From assembly GCA_035574215.1 (NCBI GenBank), contig DATLZC010000109.1:1-28798 (forward strand): 28,798 bases of DNA. Reading direction: 5' to 3'. The notes beneath the pieces were generated by a model that worked only from the letters and a program-made list of their open reading frames with translations, ran no database searches and was not told the origin of the DNA. The DNA is from Dehalococcoidia bacterium (lineage in GTDB: Bacteria > Chloroflexota > Dehalococcoidia > DSTF01 > JACRBR01). Numbering within the stretch: the first letter of the stretch is position 1; each line of letters begins with the position of its first letter. Positions 8,925-16,257 of this stretch are shown one piece after another. Position numbers and translations under genes: made by a program.

Positions 8925-9728
8925 CTAGCCCTTCATCGGCTTGTCGGCGGAGATGTAGGCGCTGGTCCAGCCGCGGCCGTCGTCGGGGCCGTGCTCGATG
9001 CGGATGCGCTCGAAGCCGGCGGCGCGCAGCTTCTCCGCGAATGCGCCCACCGTCAGCGCGCCAGCCACGCATCCCGCCCATGACGCCAGGTCGCTCTGCT
9101 CCTCCGGCGTGGGCTCTCGCACCCACACGATGTCCGACACGCGGAAGCGCCCGCCCGGCTTCAGCACCCGGTACGCCTCGCGCAACACGGCGTCCTTGTC
9201 GGGTGAGAGGTTGATCACGCAGTTCGAGATGATGACGTCGACGCTGCCGGAGTCGACCGGGAGCGCCTCGATCTCGCCGGCGCGGAACTCGACGTTGGAG
9301 GCGCCGACCTTCGCCAGGTTGCGGCGGGCGAGCTCGAGCATCTCAGGGGTCATGTCGACGCCGATGACCCGGCCCGCGGGACCCACCCGCTGCGCCGCCA
9401 GGAAGCAGTCGAGCCCGGCGCCGCTGCCTAGGTCGAGCACGGTTTCGCCTTCGCGAAGCTCGGCCAGCGCGATGGGATTCCCGCACCCGAGCGACAGCTC
9501 CGCGACGGTCTCGGGCACGGCGCCCAGCTCCTGCGCCGAGTACAGCCGCTGCGCCCAGCTCGACACTTCCTCTTGCGGCGCTTCGGCCGGGCCGCAGCAG
9601 GGGTCGCAGCAGGACGCGGACGTCTCGATCAGGGGGATGGGGTCTTCCTGTTGGAGCCGCTCGCGGGCCCGCGCGGCGTAGCGCTCCTTAACCGCAATCT
9701 TGATCTCGTCGGCAGGCGGATTCGGCAT
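8925..9728 (-). CDS. arsM: Arsenite S-adenosylmethionine methyltransferase
   Basis: SLGCGNP, SAM-binding VLDLGSGAGLDC, GVDMTPEML, DVIISNCVINL, LKPGGR and WAGCVAG carry the conserved ArsM cysteines. There is also an N-terminal CCDPCC. Confidence 0.9.
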   Translation of the reverse strand: MPNPPADEIKIAVKERYAARARERLQQEDPIPLIETSASCCDPCCGPAEAPQEEVSSWAQRLYSAQELGAVPETVAELSLGCGNPIALAELREGETVLDLGSGAGLDCFLAAQRVGPAGRVIGVDMTPEMLELARRNLAKVGASNVEFRAGEIEALPVDSGSVDVIISNCVINLSPDKDAVLREAYRVLKPGGRFRVSDIVWVREPTPEEQSDLASWAGCVAGALTVGAFAEKLRAAGFERIRIEHGPDDGRGWTSAYISADKPMKG

Positions 9729-10101
9729 GACTCGCTCCTTTCGATTCGCCCGCGGGGCCGAGCAGCCCCCTGGTGACGGCTTGCGACAGATAGGGGAGGA
9801 CGTGGCCCCAGGCCTCGGCGGCGACGCGGTACGCCCGCCAGCCGCGCTCGGTGAGCTCGCAGACCTTGCGGACGCGCGCCCCCTGGCGTTCCTCGCGGCA
9901 GACGATGTACCCGCCGAGCGTGAGTTCGCGGATGGTCGGGTAGATCATGGCGTCGGAAGGCTCGCAGCAATGGTCGCACGCCTCTGCGATGGCCCTGGCG
10001 AGCTCGTACCCGTGCATCGGGCGCTCCGCGAGGCTCGCGAGCAGGAAGAAGCGCGAGGCGCTGCGGGCGATGAGGGTATCCCAGTGAGCGCGGGTGTCCA
10101 T
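9688..10101 (-). CDS. PadR-family winged-helix transcriptional regulator, Cys-rich
   Basis: PadR hallmarks LLASLAERPMHGYELARAI, MIYPTIREL and RKVCELTERG. It overlaps the arsM start by 41 nt and contains the arsM SD sequence (AAAGGAG). Confidence 0.8.
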   Translation of the reverse strand: MDTRAHWDTLIARSASRFFLLASLAERPMHGYELARAIAEACDHCCEPSDAMIYPTIRELTLGGYIVCREERQGARVRKVCELTERGWRAYRVAAEAWGHVLPYLSQAVTRGLLGPAGESKGASHAESACRRDQDCG

Positions 10102-10111
10102 AGCTAGGTCA

Positions 10112-10141
10112 ACGATATATCGGCGGGCTAGGTGTCGTCAA
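10112..10141 (-). promoter_or_regulatory. Sigma70-type promoter of the padR-arsM unit
   Basis: Minus strand TTGACG-N18-TATCGT, ending 10 nt before the padR ATG. The palindrome CGATATATCG overlaps the -10. Confidence 0.55.
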
Positions 10142-10176
10142 GGGCGGGGAAATCCAGTGGGCCCGGACGTGCCGCG

Positions 10177-10512
10177 TCACAGGCCCTCGCGCACCAGCGA
10201 GTCGAGCGCAAACTCGAAGTAGGTGACCGCCTCGGAGAAGCTGAACCGTTCGCGGTCGTACACCACCGATGGAGGTCCGTCGGCGGGCGTCTCGAGGTGA
10301 GCGCCGAGCCGGGGAAACGCGAAGATGCGGAAGCGGCCCATGGGACCTTCCAGAAGCTCCGGCTTTCGCTTGAGCAGCTCGACGTACGCCTCCGCGGCGC
10401 GGCGGACGACGTCGGGGTAGTTTCCCGCGACGAGCGAGGCATGGGCGGCGCGCAGCGATTCGCGCAGCGCTTCGTCCTGGATCCGTTCGAGCTTCGCCGG
10501 AGGCGCAGGCAT
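10177..10512 (-). CDS. Hypothetical protein (111 aa), last gene of the di-iron operon
   Basis: ATG 2 nt after the LLM stop, with normal codon usage and protein-like composition. I recognise no family. Confidence 0.7.
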   Translation of the reverse strand: MPAPPAKLERIQDEALRESLRAAHASLVAGNYPDVVRRAAEAYVELLKRKPELLEGPMGRFRIFAFPRLGAHLETPADGPPSVVYDRERFSFSEAVTYFEFALDSLVREGL

Positions 10513-10514
10513 GG

Positions 10515-11759
10515 TCAGATGGAGGAATTGACCGGGTACTCCACGCCGTCGAGCTGCCGCTCGCGCCAGCGCCGGTGCTGTTCGTGGCGCTCCTTGAACT
10601 CAGGGAGCACCTTCGTCCCGAACAGGTACAGCGAGTCCATGATGTCCTCGTGCTTCCGGGCGCCCGCCTGCGCGACGAAGATCATGAGGTCGAGGTGCGC
10701 GTCCTCGTACTTGCGCAGCGTCTCGCGGATGAACGCCGGGCTGCCGATACAGCCGCCCCGGCGGGACGCCCGCCAGAGGGCCCGCTGCACTTCGTCGGCG
10801 GGCTCTTCTTCGCTCGCGCCGCCGGCGTAGCCGCCGAACCCCCGGCCGCCGAAGATGTCCATGCGCCGCTCCGGGGGCGTCTCGAGGAACCGGCGGTACA
10901 GGTGGACCTTCGACGGCTCGTGGGCTGCGCCGAGGGGACTGTAGTAGTAGCCCAGAGAGTAGGCGAAGAACTGCGTGCCTTCCACGCCCTTTTCGATGGC
11001 TTCGTCGTCCGTCTCGCAGCACATGAGCGAGGACAGCACCGCGAGCGCCGGGTTGATCGCCTTGCCGATGGGGAAGCACTCCTCCCGGATGAGGCGATAG
11101 TAGTTCTCGACGCGCTCCTGCGCCTCCTCCGGCGTCTCGAAGGCGAAGCCGAGGGAGCCCATGCCCAGGCGGGCGGCGACCATCGTTGTTTCGCGCCGGG
11201 ACGACGCCACCCAGAGCGGCGGGTGCGGCTTCTGCAGCGGCTTCGGGATGACGTTGCGGGGCGGCATGCCGAAGTACGCGCCCTCGAACCCCGGATACGG
11301 GCTCGAGGTCATCATGTTCACGCACTCGCGGGTCGCCTCCTCCCACATCATCTTCTTCTCTTCGCGGGCGACGCCGAACCCGCCGAGCTCCATCTCCGAA
11401 GACGACTCCCCGGTGCCGAATTCGACCCGCCCGTCGCTCACAAGGTCCAGCGTGGCGATGCGCTCGGCGACGCGGGCGGGGTGGTTGTACCGTGGCGGCA
11501 TGAGGACGATGCCGTGCCCGAGCCGGATGTGCTTCGTGCGCTGGCTGGCGGCGGCGAGGAACACCTCGGGCGCCGAGGAGTGCGAGTACTCTTCGAGGAA
11601 GTGGTGCTCGACCTCGAAGACGTAGTCGAAGCCCAGTTTGTCGGCGAGCTCGATCTGCTCGAGCGCGTCCTTCAGCAGGCGATGCTCGGCGTCGGGGTCC
11701 CAGTCGTCGCGGTCGGGCGGACGGGGGAGCTGGTGTTCGTAGAAGAGGCCGAATTTCAT
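10515..11759 (-). CDS. LLM-class (luciferase-like) flavin-dependent oxidoreductase/monooxygenase
   Basis: MKFGLFYE, ELADKLGFDYVFEVEHHF, SAPEVFLAAASQRTKHIRLGHG, HPARVAERIATLDLVSDGRVEFGTG and PKPLQKPHPPLWVA. SD GGGAGG upstream. Confidence 0.9.
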   Translation of the reverse strand: MKFGLFYEHQLPRPPDRDDWDPDAEHRLLKDALEQIELADKLGFDYVFEVEHHFLEEYSHSSAPEVFLAAASQRTKHIRLGHGIVLMPPRYNHPARVAERIATLDLVSDGRVEFGTGESSSEMELGGFGVAREEKKMMWEEATRECVNMMTSSPYPGFEGAYFGMPPRNVIPKPLQKPHPPLWVASSRRETTMVAARLGMGSLGFAFETPEEAQERVENYYRLIREECFPIGKAINPALAVLSSLMCCETDDEAIEKGVEGTQFFAYSLGYYYSPLGAAHEPSKVHLYRRFLETPPERRMDIFGGRGFGGYAGGASEEEPADEVQRALWRASRRGGCIGSPAFIRETLRKYEDAHLDLMIFVAQAGARKHEDIMDSLYLFGTKVLPEFKERHEQHRRWRERQLDGVEYPVNSSI

Positions 11760-11792
11760 GGTGGCGTCCTCCCTCGGCGGGATGCGATCACG

Positions 11793-12416
11793 TCAACGGC
11801 CGCCGGTCACGCCGCCCGAGCGGACCAACAGGTCCTCGAGGTGCATCTGCCATTCGAGCGCTGTGCGGCGCTTCTGCGGCGTGTCGGCGAGCTCTTCGTA
11901 GATGGCCTGGCCCCACTGGATGTGCCGCTCTTCCTCGAGCAGGATGTGCTCCAGGATGCGGACGGTGGGCGCGTCGCACACCTTGTCCGTGACGAGCAGA
12001 TGGTGGCGGTAGTACACGGCGAGGTGCGTCTTGAGGACGCGATACAGCCCGACGATGCGCAGGAGCTCGTCGTCCTGCAGCATCATCGTCTCGCAGAAGC
12101 GCACGAACTCCTCGTTGGGCGGCTCGGCCCGTGTCGACGAGCGTAGAGTCGGCGGGACGTCCATCTCCATCCCCTCGGTCACGCGGAGCTCGGGGAGCCG
12201 CTGCCCGAGCCAGTACGAGTGGATGGAGTCGTGGTAGCAGTGCTCGCCGAAGGCGAACTTGACTTTGATGGTGGGGCAGGAGGAAGCCCACCCTCCCAGG
12301 GCCGTCATGCAGACGTTCTCGGCGTAGCGGTAGTTCAGGATACGGCGGGCGTTCTCGTCCACGGAGAAGGCGCCGCCGATGTGCCGCGGGTCGACGGCGA
12401 GTTCCAGCGCTCCCAT
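11793..12416 (-). CDS. Ferritin-like four-helix-bundle protein with a degenerate di-metal ligand set
   Basis: SD TGAGGAG is 7 nt before the ATG at 12416 (alternative ATG at 12422). The helical pattern includes E33, D63xxH66 and DAPTVRILEHILLEEERH (E162xxH165). Confidence 0.65.
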   Translation of the reverse strand: MGALELAVDPRHIGGAFSVDENARRILNYRYAENVCMTALGGWASSCPTIKVKFAFGEHCYHDSIHSYWLGQRLPELRVTEGMEMDVPPTLRSSTRAEPPNEEFVRFCETMMLQDDELLRIVGLYRVLKTHLAVYYRHHLLVTDKVCDAPTVRILEHILLEEERHIQWGQAIYEELADTPQKRRTALEWQMHLEDLLVRSGGVTGGR

Positions 12417-12427
12417 GTTCATGCTCC

Positions 12428-12754
12428 TCAGGCCGGCGCGGGCGCCTCGCGGAGACGGGCCAGCGCAGCCGCCACTTGCGCCTTGCGCGCCAGCTTCGCT
12501 GCGTGCTGCCGGGCGGCCCAGGCCCGCGCCTTCTCCTTCGCCCGCTCGAGCTGCTCGGGCGACGGCCGGTACGGGTCCTCGTCGATGCAGTCCACGGGGC
12601 ACACCTTCACGCAGATCCCGCAGTCGATGCACCATTCCGGGTCGACGACATGCGTACGGTGACCCGTCGAAAAGTATCGGATGCACTCGGTGGGGCAGGC
12701 GCGCCGGCACCAGCTACAGTTGATGCACGCCGCGAGGTCGATGCGGACGGCCAC
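12428..12754 (-). CDS. 2[4Fe-4S] dicluster ferredoxin with a C-terminal basic/Ala-rich helix
   Basis: Two CxxCxxCxxxCP motifs: CINCSWCRRACP and CIDCGICVKVCP. GTG start 3 nt after the upstream stop. Confidence 0.9.
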   Translation of the reverse strand: MAVRIDLAACINCSWCRRACPTECIRYFSTGHRTHVVDPEWCIDCGICVKVCPVDCIDEDPYRPSPEQLERAKEKARAWAARQHAAKLARKAQVAAALARLREAPAPA

Positions 12755-12757
12755 GGC

Positions 12758-13579
12758 TCACGCGGCCCCTTCCTGCCCCTGGGCGACCGCGCCCGTGCCG
12801 AGCGCGGCCATCCCCCGGTCCATTTCCTCCGCGAAGAACCGCCGCAGCTCCTCGGTCTGTTCGCCCGAGAGCCGCGCCCGGAACCCTTCGGACAGCGCGT
12901 GCGCGCGCAGCGCCCGTTGCTCCTTCTCGGGGTCGCCCTCGACGAGCTCCTTGATGAAGTAGTCGCCGATGGCGGTGTGAGTAACCTCGTCCGCCCAGTT
13001 GTAGTCGTAGACGTGCGCCATGAGCCGGTCGCCGATCTTCTCACCGACGAACGAAGTGTCCTTGAAGAGCTGCAACGCCGCTCCTTCGAGGGACACGTTC
13101 GTCATCGAGAGGCTCACCACCGGGTCGCGCATAATCTGCTGCACCTGGTCGGGCATGAGGGTGCCGGCGGCGCCACCGCCCGCCAGCGTGTCGGGATACT
13201 CGCCGATGCGCCCTCCGTACGATTCCAGCAGCTCCTTCCCGAGCCAGGCGTGGCGCACTTCGTCCCAGGTCTGGCGGGCCATGGCCATGATTAGCGACCA
13301 GGGAACGGGCCACTCCTGCCACTCGCAGACCTTCCGGCTGAAGGCGTCGATGCCCGCGAACTCGGCGCTGACGATGCCGCTGACCAGCGCCTTCCTGAAC
13401 TCGAGGTTGTCGGGGTCGGCCAGGACCATCTGGCGCAGGAGCTGCAGGTCGTAGTTGGCGGCGTCGCCGAGCCGTGCCGCGAGGCTAGCCCGCTCAGCGT
13501 CGTCGATGACCGCGACGGGCCGATACGCCGGCTCCCGGCGCGACGGCAGCTCCCGGACGTGGTCGGCGAACTTCCCCAT
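12758..13579 (-). CDS. Ferritin-like (DUF455-like) di-iron carboxylate protein
   Basis: SD GGGAGG before the ATG at 13579. It has a full ligand set: E73, DE107xxH110 (WDEVRH), E165 and DE198xxH201 (ADEVTH). Confidence 0.75.
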   Translation of the reverse strand: MGKFADHVRELPSRREPAYRPVAVIDDAERASLAARLGDAANYDLQLLRQMVLADPDNLEFRKALVSGIVSAEFAGIDAFSRKVCEWQEWPVPWSLIMAMARQTWDEVRHAWLGKELLESYGGRIGEYPDTLAGGGAAGTLMPDQVQQIMRDPVVSLSMTNVSLEGAALQLFKDTSFVGEKIGDRLMAHVYDYNWADEVTHTAIGDYFIKELVEGDPEKEQRALRAHALSEGFRARLSGEQTEELRRFFAEEMDRGMAALGTGAVAQGQEGAA

Positions 13580-13614
13580 CGGCGTCCTCCCGGGCGTGTG
13601 CGGGTAGTGCAGCG

Positions 13615-13643
13615 AGTATAGTACGGCGGGCCCCATTCGTAAA
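13615..13643 (-). promoter_or_regulatory. Sigma70-type promoter of the di-iron/ferredoxin/LLM operon
   Basis: Minus strand TTTACG-N17-TATACT, 35 nt upstream of the ATG at 13579. Confidence 0.6.
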
Positions 13644-13716
13644 GTCCCAGGATTGGCGCTTCTGCAATGATCGGGCCTGAATGATGCAGTTGCGTCAGTA
13701 GAAGCGCGGCTCGATT

Positions 13717-13750
13717 GCGGCCGGAGCATTCTGGCCGCTCCGCGGGAGCG
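13717..13750 (-). terminator. Possible terminator-like hairpins downstream of DUF1015
   Basis: Two overlapping GC-rich stems: GCGGCCGGA-gcat-TCTGGCCGC (one mismatch) and CGCTCC-gcg-GGAGCG. There is no U-tract. Confidence 0.25.
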
Positions 13751-13771
13751 CGCCAGGGCAGGACGCCGCGG

Positions 13772-15079
13772 CTACTCGAAGGGATACATCACGAGGCCGG
13801 TCGCCAGCTTGGGGTAGAAGTAGGTCGACTTCTGCGGCATGCGCTCGCCGGCGTCGGCTACCTTGAGGATGTGCTCGACGGGCGTCGGGTTCAGCAGGAA
13901 CGCCAGCCGCGCGCGTCCATGCTCGACCGCGAGGCGCGCCTGGTCCGCGTCCTCGGTGTACGATACGACCTCGCCCTCTGCGACGGCGCTCTCGTCGATG
14001 CCGAGGCACGCCTTGAGCACAGCGTACTGGAGCACTGCGACGTCCAGGCGCTTCCAGACCGCGGGCTTATCGGGCGGCATCAGGGGCTCGACGGCCTCGA
14101 ACGACGTCAGCCGCAGCAGGTGATAGCGCTGCTCCTCGAGGCCCAGCGCGCCGAACGCCACGGTCTCGCGCCCCGCGGCGGCCAGGCGCGCCAGCAACCT
14201 GAGCAACGCCGTCCCGTCCCACGATCGTGGCGTGACGTCTTCGATCTCGAAGAAGCGGCTCAAGCGGGGTGCGAGGTCGTGCGGCGTCACGGGCGGCCGG
14301 AGGAGCCGATGGGCGGGGAGCACGACGAGGCCGGGGTCGTCCGCGGCCACGAGCGCCATGAGGACGAAGTTCTCGGGCTCTTCGCCCGTCCAGCGCTCGC
14401 TCTGTGCCTTGCGCTCGTCGCGGTACGCCAGGGCGGTCTCGTAGCGGTGGTGCCCGTCGGCCACGTAGATGACGCGCTCGGAGAACGCCTGCGCGATAGC
14501 GGCGTCGTTCCCCTGCGGGAGCGCGAACAGACGGTGGCGCTGCCCGTCGGGAGTCGCCGCCTCGAGGAGGGGCGGGCCTTCCGGCTCCAGGAGCCCGCCC
14601 AGCGCGTCGCGGTCGCGGTACAGGCCGAAGACAGGGCTGATGTTCGCCCGGACGCTGCGCAACAGCCGGAGGCGGTCCTCCTTCGGCTTCGGCAACGTCC
14701 GCTCGTGGGGGAGGATGACGCCGCGCTCCCAGGGCTCGAGACGTACCGCGGCGATGAGCGCCCGCCGCCGGCGCCGGCCCTCGTGCTGGAACTCCTGCTC
14801 GTAGAGGTAGAACCGCGGCCGGTCGTCGAGGACGAGGACGCCCTCCTCTCGCCAACGCCGGAGGTCTGCGGCCGCGCGGGCGTAGCGGTCGCGTCCGGGG
14901 GCGTCATCGGGCCGCTCCTCGCCGTACTCCAGCCGGACGACGTTGTACGGGCTGGCCGTGTAGAGCCGGCGCTGTTCGTCGGGGTCGATGACGTCGTACG
15001 GTGGTGCGACGAGGCGCGAGGGGTCTCCGGCGACCGCGGGATCGTACCGGAGGGCCCGGAAGGGACGGACGTCAGCCAC
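13772..15079 (-). CDS. DUF1015 family protein (ParB-like N-terminal fold)
   Basis: VADVRPFRALRYD, APPYDVID, ILPHERTLPKPKEDRLRL, ANISPVFGLY, YVADGHHRYETA and MPQKSTYFYPKLATGLV. GTG start after GGAGG. Confidence 0.85.
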   Translation of the reverse strand: MADVRPFRALRYDPAVAGDPSRLVAPPYDVIDPDEQRRLYTASPYNVVRLEYGEERPDDAPGRDRYARAAADLRRWREEGVLVLDDRPRFYLYEQEFQHEGRRRRRALIAAVRLEPWERGVILPHERTLPKPKEDRLRLLRSVRANISPVFGLYRDRDALGGLLEPEGPPLLEAATPDGQRHRLFALPQGNDAAIAQAFSERVIYVADGHHRYETALAYRDERKAQSERWTGEEPENFVLMALVAADDPGLVVLPAHRLLRPPVTPHDLAPRLSRFFEIEDVTPRSWDGTALLRLLARLAAAGRETVAFGALGLEEQRYHLLRLTSFEAVEPLMPPDKPAVWKRLDVAVLQYAVLKACLGIDESAVAEGEVVSYTEDADQARLAVEHGRARLAFLLNPTPVEHILKVADAGERMPQKSTYFYPKLATGLVMYPFE

Positions 15080-15098
15080 GCGAGCGCCTCCCTTCGCG

Positions 15099-15127
15099 TT
15101 GACCCGGCGCGGGGCCCTTCCTAGAAT
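15099..15127 (+). promoter_or_regulatory. Sigma70-type promoter for the HIT gene
   Basis: TTGACC-N17-TAGAAT, close to consensus. Confidence 0.7.
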
Positions 15128-15173
15128 GACGCCGTCTCTCCTGGAACGCGCTTCCCACCGTCGAGAGGAGCCT

Positions 15174-15494
15174 GTGTCGTACTGCATGTTCTGCGAGATC
15201 GTGGCCCGTCGCGAGCCGGCCGAGATCCTCTACGAAGACGACGACGTCGTCGTGTTCCGGAACCGGTTGCGCTGGGTGCCGGTGATGCTGCTCGTCGTGC
15301 CGCGCAAGCACATGTCCCAGGCGGAGCTGTGGCGGGACATGGGCCCCGTGGGGCGCGTCGCCGTCGAGATGGGCGAGAAGCACTGCCCCAACGGCTTCCG
15401 GCTGCTTTCGAACTTCGGGTTCGACGCCATGCAGAGCCAGTACCACGGCCACGTGCATGTGCTGGGCGGCATCTACCTGGGCGAGTACGCCTGA
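15174..15494 (+). CDS. HIT (histidine triad) family nucleotide hydrolase, HinT-like
   Basis: GTG after GAGGAG. N-terminal CMFC, EILYEDDDVVVF, GFRLLSNFG and the triad HGHVHVLGG. Confidence 0.85.
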   Translation: MSYCMFCEIVARREPAEILYEDDDVVVFRNRLRWVPVMLLVVPRKHMSQAELWRDMGPVGRVAVEMGEKHCPNGFRLLSNFGFDAMQSQYHGHVHVLGGIYLGEYA

Positions 15495-15496
15495 CC

Positions 15497-16246
15497 TCAC
15501 GCCGCGCCGATCTCCCGCAGCGCCGCCACCTGCGCCTCGAACAGGCGCTTCAGCCCGATATCCGCCAGGCGCAGGATTTCGTCCATGAGGGCGCGCGGGA
15601 ACGGATGCCGTTCGGCGGTCCCCTGCACCTCGACGTACAGGCCCTCGGCCGTCATGACGATGTTGAAGTCGACGTCGGCCCGCGCGTCTTCGTCGTACGT
15701 GGGATCGAGCACCGGGACGCCTTCGACCACCGCGACGCTCACCGCCGCCACGGCGGTCCGCAGAGGTATCGAGCCGAGCTCCCGTTCGTCGACGAGGCGC
15801 TGAAACGCCTGTCGCAGGGCGACGTAACCCCCCGTGATGCTGGCGCAGCGGGTGCCCGCGTCGGCGCGGATGACGTCGCAGTCGACCGTGAAGGTCCGCT
15901 CGCCCAGGATGTCGAGGTTCGTGACGGCGCGAAGCGAGCGCCCGATGAGGCGCTGAATCTCCTGACTGCGGCCGCTCTGGCGTCCTTCGCGGGCCTCGCG
16001 AGGCGTCCGCACGATGGTGGCGCGCGGCAGCATGCCGTATTCCGCCGTCACCCAGCCGGACGTGGTGCCCCGGAGAAAGGGCGGCTGGCGGTCCTCCACG
16101 GAGGCGGTGCAAACGACGACCGTGTCGCCCATCTCGATGAGGGCCGACCCCTCAGCGTGCGGGAGGTAGTTCGGCGTGATCCGCACGGGACGGAGTTCGT
16201 CGGGGCGTCGGCCGTCGGGGCGCAGGGGACGTTCGCGCGCGGTCAT
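15497..16246 (-). CDS. rph: Ribonuclease PH
   Basis: RPDGRRPDELRPV, GWVTAEYGMLP, RSQEIQRLIGRSLRA, DCDVIRADAGTRCASITG and EVQGTAE. Confidence 0.95.
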   Translation of the reverse strand: MTARERPLRPDGRRPDELRPVRITPNYLPHAEGSALIEMGDTVVVCTASVEDRQPPFLRGTTSGWVTAEYGMLPRATIVRTPREAREGRQSGRSQEIQRLIGRSLRAVTNLDILGERTFTVDCDVIRADAGTRCASITGGYVALRQAFQRLVDERELGSIPLRTAVAAVSVAVVEGVPVLDPTYDEDARADVDFNIVMTAEGLYVEVQGTAERHPFPRALMDEILRLADIGLKRLFEAQVAALREIGAA

Positions 16247-16257
16247 GTGGCGGTGCG

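Noticed and set aside
8879-8960. Imperfect inverted similarity between the end of arsM and the adjacent intergenic DNA
   Set aside because: Only about 12 of 17 matches in GC-rich DNA, which is consistent with chance.
10177-10512. Idea that the 111-aa protein is a HEPN/Abi-type toxin
   Set aside because: It is helical at the N-terminus but has no RxxxxH catalytic motif and no antitoxin or nucleotidyltransferase neighbour.
12417-12710. N-terminal extension of the 11793..12710 ORF across the ferredoxin gene
   Set aside because: An out-of-frame read over the ferredoxin. An SD and ATG at 12416 give a better start.
13580-13729. N-terminal extension of the 12758..13729 ORF
   Set aside because: It runs through the promoter region. 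GGGAGG plus the ATG at 13579 is the better start.
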